From: an uncultured Verrucomicrobiae bacterium
Lineage (GTDB): Bacteria > Verrucomicrobiota > Verrucomicrobiia > Chthoniobacterales > Chthoniobacteraceae
Reading direction: 5' to 3'
Length of the DNA: 64,000 bases
Assembly: GCA_963769025.1 (NCBI GenBank)
Contig: CAVYKI010000003.1
Coordinates: 384,001 to 448,000, forward strand
Positions 61,968-64,000 of this stretch are shown here, piece after piece. Every line of letters begins with the position of its first letter. The stretch's first letter is position 1. The notes under the pieces are model-generated. The model did not search any database, was not told the origin of the DNA, and was given only the letters and a program-made list of their open reading frames with translations. Both the position numbers and the translations under genes were made by a program.

Positions 61968-62522
61968 ATGAATTTCCCAGTCATCCTCGCCCAAGCCTCA
62001 CAGAATCCCGTCGTGAAGACGGTGTCCGACATCGCGCAGCAGTTCGGAGCCAACTGGTGGGGCCTGCTCTGCCAGATCATCAGCTTCTGCATCGTCGCAT
62101 TCCTGCTCGCGAAGTTTGCCTACAATCCCGTCCTCGCCGTGCTCGAAGCGCGCCGGCAGAAAATCGAGGAGAGCCTCGCCAACGCGAAGAAAATCCAGGA
62201 GCAGCTCTCCGAGGCGCAGAAGACCTCGGAGCAGATCCTCGCCAAGGCCAACGCCGATGCGACAAAGATGATCGAGGAGACGCGCGCCGCAGCGAAGCAG
62301 GTTTCCGAAAAGGAAAACCAGCGCGCCGTGCAGCAGGCCGCCGAGATCATCCAGAAGGCCCGCGAAGCCGGTGAAGCCGAGCAGAAGCGCCTCATGGCCG
62401 AGCTGAAGAAGGAACTTTCCCGCCTCGTGGTGGACACCACGGCGAAAGTCACCGGCAAGGTGCTCACTTCCGCCGACCAGCAGAAGATCACCTCCGAGGC
62501 GAACAAGGAACTCGCCGCTTAA
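61968..62522 (+). CDS. atpF: F0F1 ATP synthase subunit b
   Basis: QIISFCIV…KFAYNPV..LEARRQKI, then coiled coil. Confidence 0.95.
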   Translation: MNFPVILAQASQNPVVKTVSDIAQQFGANWWGLLCQIISFCIVAFLLAKFAYNPVLAVLEARRQKIEESLANAKKIQEQLSEAQKTSEQILAKANADATKMIEETRAAAKQVSEKENQRAVQQAAEIIQKAREAGEAEQKRLMAELKKELSRLVVDTTAKVTGKVLTSADQQKITSEANKELAA

Positions 62523-62531
62523 ACACCGGAA

Positions 62532-62931
62532 ATGAAACTTTCCAAAGAGGCCCGCAAACTTTCCAAGCAGCTTTTCCGTGAGAGCTTCACGGGCGGAGCG
62601 CTGGACGCAGCGAAGGTGGGCAGTGTCACGGACACGGTCATCCGCGCGAAGCCCCGCCAGTACATCGGCGTGCTCAAGGAATTTGCCCGCCTCATCCGCC
62701 TCGAAACCGCCCGCCGTCACGCGATCATCGAGAGCGCTGCGGAATTGGAACCGGCCGAGAAGGGCGCGATCACCCGCACCATCCACGAAAAGTACGGCGC
62801 GGATGTGACCACCGAATACACGACGAATCCCGCGCTCATCGGCGGGCTCCGCATCCAGGTCGGCAGCGATGTCGTGGACGCCAGCGTCCGCATCGCGGCT
62901 CGACCGCCTCGCGAACGATCTCGCAGCCTAG
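62532..62931 (+). CDS. atpH: F0F1 ATP synthase subunit delta (frameshift near 62890)
   Basis: NPALIGGLRIQVGSDVVDASV; RLDRLANDLAA* in the shifted frame. Confidence 0.88.
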
Positions 62932-62976
62932 TTTTCCCCAACACTCAACTCTCAACTTTCAACACGCACCTTCGCC

Positions 62977-64000
<1,024 letters not shown>

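Noticed and set aside
62938..62970. Short TCAAC-based 7-bp tandem between atpH and atpA
   Set aside because: Only 3-4 degenerate units; no supportable function.

Overview
High-GC bacterial window. Gene content (PVC-type CxxCH dehydrogenase, PQQ-like propellers, short AtpH, GTAG-type REPs) suggests Verrucomicrobiota, possibly Chthoniobacterales-like; this is inference. Many core genes (pgsA, sufBCD, glgA, ribE, atpH, atpA) carry single-base frameshifts that look like long-read or mixed-strain consensus errors. In order, the window holds: a membrane-anchored class III cyclase; a large SGNH + PVC-type heme dehydrogenase; a ~12 kb glycosyltransferase/Wzy cluster; a CE15 esterase; an SPFH-HTH / orphan DNA methyltransferase / zinc-ribbon / trpD operon; an HNH nuclease with a Q/P-rich disordered N-terminus; a Fur-family-led suf operon; sppA-CPBP-thiL-tsaE-tsaB-pdxH; glgA; ribE; a secreted glycoside hydrolase; two tandem trypsin-PDZ proteins; PNP; tRNA-Ser(UGA) followed by a sulfur module (two YeeE/YedE pairs, MBL-rhodanese, sulfite oxidase); and the start of the atp operon with a perfect Rex/CRP-type palindrome. 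The most unusual signal is in two secreted-protein genes. Both contain discrete AT-shifted, codon-atypical segments preceded by a G-skewed flank, a candidate localized diversification process. One of them also carries in-frame palindromic repeat insertions.
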